Below are positions 7,347 to 10,215 of a stretch of DNA of 10,215 nt, piece by piece; position 1 is the first letter of the stretch, and each line of letters opens with the position of its first letter. A program made the position numbers and the translations under genes. The notes under the pieces were generated by a model. The model was not told where the DNA came from and made no database searches. It was given only the letters and a program-made list of their open reading frames with translations. The stretch lies in assembly GCA_051294375.1 (NCBI GenBank), contig JBJCIZ010000736.1, forward strand, positions 1-10,215. Direction: 5' to 3'. This DNA comes from Paraspadella gotoi (taxonomy: Eukaryota; Animalia; Chaetognatha).

Positions 7347-10108
7347 GATATAAGGTGAGGAAAAAAAACAGGTGAAAAAGATCCGGTAAAATAGGAAGAG
7401 GAACCATGAGGTTTATTTCAACCAGCTTCATAAATAGTTCATAAAATTTACATGATAAAAAATATAGAAAATATATAAAATGTTTAAAAAATAATAAAAT
7501 AAATGGATAAAAAAGTTTCATAAGTACTTTTATAATACAAATGTTAGAATGCTGGTTATGTTAAATTAATAAAGGATACACTACAGGGTAGTGAATCAAA
7601 ACTTATAATAAAATTTATCATTAGATTTCAATGTAAGACAATAATTTAATTTTATTTTATAATAATATTTTATAATAATATTTTAATTCATACTCGAACA
7701 ATACTCCACTGTACCGAGAAGTATGAAACATTGATTGAATTTGCTCCGCGCCGGATTTCAACATAAAACCACTACTAAAATATGTTAACATTTCCTAGTA
7801 GTATGTTATATAATTAAGAAGTTTATTAAGAATAGGAATAACAGTATTCTAGGTCGGGAAACCGTGCACTAAAGCCCAGTCGATTAGAGCCATATAAAAG
7901 GGTGCTGTAAGCAACAATTGTAGCATGCCCAAAACCAAAAATATATGTGCTGGAAGCACCTTATATGCTAAAAAAAAAATTCTAAAGAGAGCAAATGAAG
8001 AACTCAATTTAGAAATATTTACTGGAACATGTTATCTTTATTACCCTATGTCCATTAAGCTGCAGCAGTTTAAGAAGTTATTTCTAACCTTGATTATTAA
8101 AAAAAATTTGAGATGCTGTAAATTTTTTTTTTAAGTTCACACTGTAGTGTCCCCTCTGGCTGAGTGCGATCTCTGTAAGCTTGGAAAACAATAACTAATG
8201 TATGAAATATCAAGTTAATAGTATAATGCAATATACTGCAGCATCAAATAAAAAAAATATTTGCTATATTTTTGCTACTGTGTTACAAACCATTGCTGCA
8301 GTCTACTATAGAGTACTGAGATTCTATTTCTTGACATTTATGAATAGGCAATACCCTTGGGTTTAATATGTATGGCTGTTACAAAAGGCTTTATTGTTTT
8401 ACAGCTGAAAAAAATGAAGATTTCAGATGCATATCAAATTCTTTTTAACTTTGCTTCGTAGGGCGTTTTAAAGGGGGGCCCCCATATGGCTTTTAACCAA
8501 AATATTGATAGGCTAGGATAAACCGTTTCTGAGCTATGGGTCAATCTATCAGAAGCGTTTAAGAAGAGCAGCTGTGATTCTTTTGGGTGCTGTGTCAGGT
8601 GTCGTTTTTGCAACAGTGCTTATCGCATTGCATAAATAATTACAACAAGGTCTGGTTAAGTATCTTCAATTCAATTTTTTTTATTTTAATACACACAATG
8701 CGTCATATAGTAGAAAAAAAGAAGAAGTGATACGGATTTTCTAAGTTTTGAATCCTTACCCTGTATTTATTAAGGCGGGCCAAAATTGAACATATTTTAT
8801 GACTTCTAGTTCTCTCAAAAAATTTCTTTTTTCCTTCTATTACTAAATCGATTTTCAATGCAACTTTTTGAATTAGTTCATTGGGTTGTTGCACTGAAGC
8901 TTTTAAATATTTATTAATATATAACAATCTTTTTTTTGTTTATAGAGCCTATAGAGCTTGAAAAGTTAAATGAAAGTTAGTACTACAATTTTGGCAATAT
9001 ATTGGTTTAAAAAAACCTTTAAAAAACATCATCATTATTNNNNNNNNNNNNNNNNNNNNNNNNNATCATTGGCTGAATTTTATAGTTTTTTAAAATTTTT
9101 ATCATAAAATTTAAAAATTTTAAAAAGTTGTATTAATAAGCTTTATCTAACTTTCAAAGCTCTACCAAAATGTATTAAAAAAATTGAAAAATTAANNNNN
9201 NNNNNTAAACTTTATATAGTAATAAAATCATCTTTAAATGCTTCTGTGCGCTAATCAATAAGATAAATTTTAAAAATTATTTTATTTTCATATTCTCTAA
9301 TAGTCACTTAATCATTATTTATTTGAAAGAACTTCCAGTTTGAAACCATTTGCCGGCCTAATTTATCTATTATTTATTTATTATCTATATACTATTCTAA
9401 AAAAAATTTATCAAACAAAGTTTCATATTAAAGATATCTTAACAGTTGACTTTATTAAGATAAAACTTATATTGTTCTTTTAATGTTATTTTTAAATTAT
9501 CAATAAATTGTAATTTATAAAACGAAATTATCAAATTATCCATTTTTTAACTTCAGTTTCATAAACTACTGACATGACTCATGTAAACCTCGTGGTTTCT
9601 TTGCTTTTTTAAAAGTTTTTCTTACCTGATCTTTTTTATTTTTCCCAGATAATATTTAAAGATGGTGTGACTGCTCTTTTTGGTTTGGTTGAAACAAAAC
9701 ATGCTTATTGTAAAATAGTGAAATGAAAATTTAAACATCAGTGTTGCAAGACCTTCTAAGCCCACTGAGTTATGTGCCCATAGATGCNNNNNNNNNNTTT
9801 TACTTTGTGCAGTCGCATGATCACAAGACCGGTTACTAAAATTTAAATGCATACTCCTTTTTGTAACTACTATGGAGAGGGGAGGTATTCTTAAATGCTC
9901 ATTGTGCAAAAGCTTCATATAAAAATAAAAATTAATAGTAGAGCTAATTCGACATATTTTAGTTTTTTTTTGTTCCATAGTGAAAGAGGATCATCTGTTA
10001 CTTGCTTGTTCTGCATATATTTTATAGTTTAGTTATCACATGGTCATCAAATAATTCGGCATTCTTTTTATTTTCTCTATTTTCCCTTCTATTTCCTTTT
10101 TTCTCCCA

Positions 10109-10200
10109 TTTTTTAGACGGATCTGCTAATTCGCCATGTCAGTCAGATGGTCCACCCTTGGTTCGATTGTCCAGTCACTTAAATTATCTAAGAACATCGA
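10109..10200 (+). mobile_element. Probable 5'-end fragment of the same DINE-1/HINE-like family
   Basis: ttttagacggatctgctaat resembles ttttagtcagatctgcttat (47-66). catgtcagtc follows, and tcacttaaattatctaagaaca resembles tcacttaaatcatgtcataaca (133-154). Confidence 0.45.
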
Positions 10201-10215
10201 AATCTTTAAATTTAT

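Larger units (their letters stand above)
6128..9106 (+). repeat. Duplicated segment, copy 2
   Basis: Starts gagctgttttccactgtatcc, as at ~2166, and is colinear with copy 1 throughout. Confidence 0.95.

Noticed and set aside
7925-8134. 69-aa plus-strand ORF after the TATA box
   Set aside because: The ATG falls at about the expected TSS, leaving no leader; the frame depends on homopolymer runs and has no recognisable motif.
9622-9978. 118-aa minus-strand ORF ending at a CAG|GTAAG donor-like site
   Set aside because: It spans an N gap, has no recognisable domain and no identifiable partner exon. An exon of a neighbouring gene cannot be excluded.
1-10215. CRISPR array, tRNA/rRNA or prokaryotic operon
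   Set aside because: No regularly spaced repeats or structural RNA motifs were seen; spliceosomal introns and low coding density indicate a eukaryote.

Overview
AT-rich eukaryotic DNA, probably arthropod, from a gappy draft assembly; no prokaryotic-type system is present. The main content is a spliced minus-strand gene that the ORF track only half captures. It encodes a 79-aa secreted precursor: a 19-aa signal peptide plus a 60-aa mature peptide with 8 Cys (C-x8-C-x3-C-x-C-x8-C-x4-C-x-C-x14-C). This looks like a CS-alpha-beta defensin/toxin core with an extra Cys pair, and it is not cationic. The gene is present twice with identical coding sequence (2597-3095 and 6552-7051), inside an approximately 2.72-kb head-to-tail duplication whose junction at 6125/6126 has no gap. 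Bases ~3791-5265 look like an unpolished long-read gap fill. Fragments of a DINE-1/Helentron-like non-autonomous element lie at 47-380, 1150-1221 and 10109-10200. A 25-bp hairpin that differs between the copies sits downstream of the gene.
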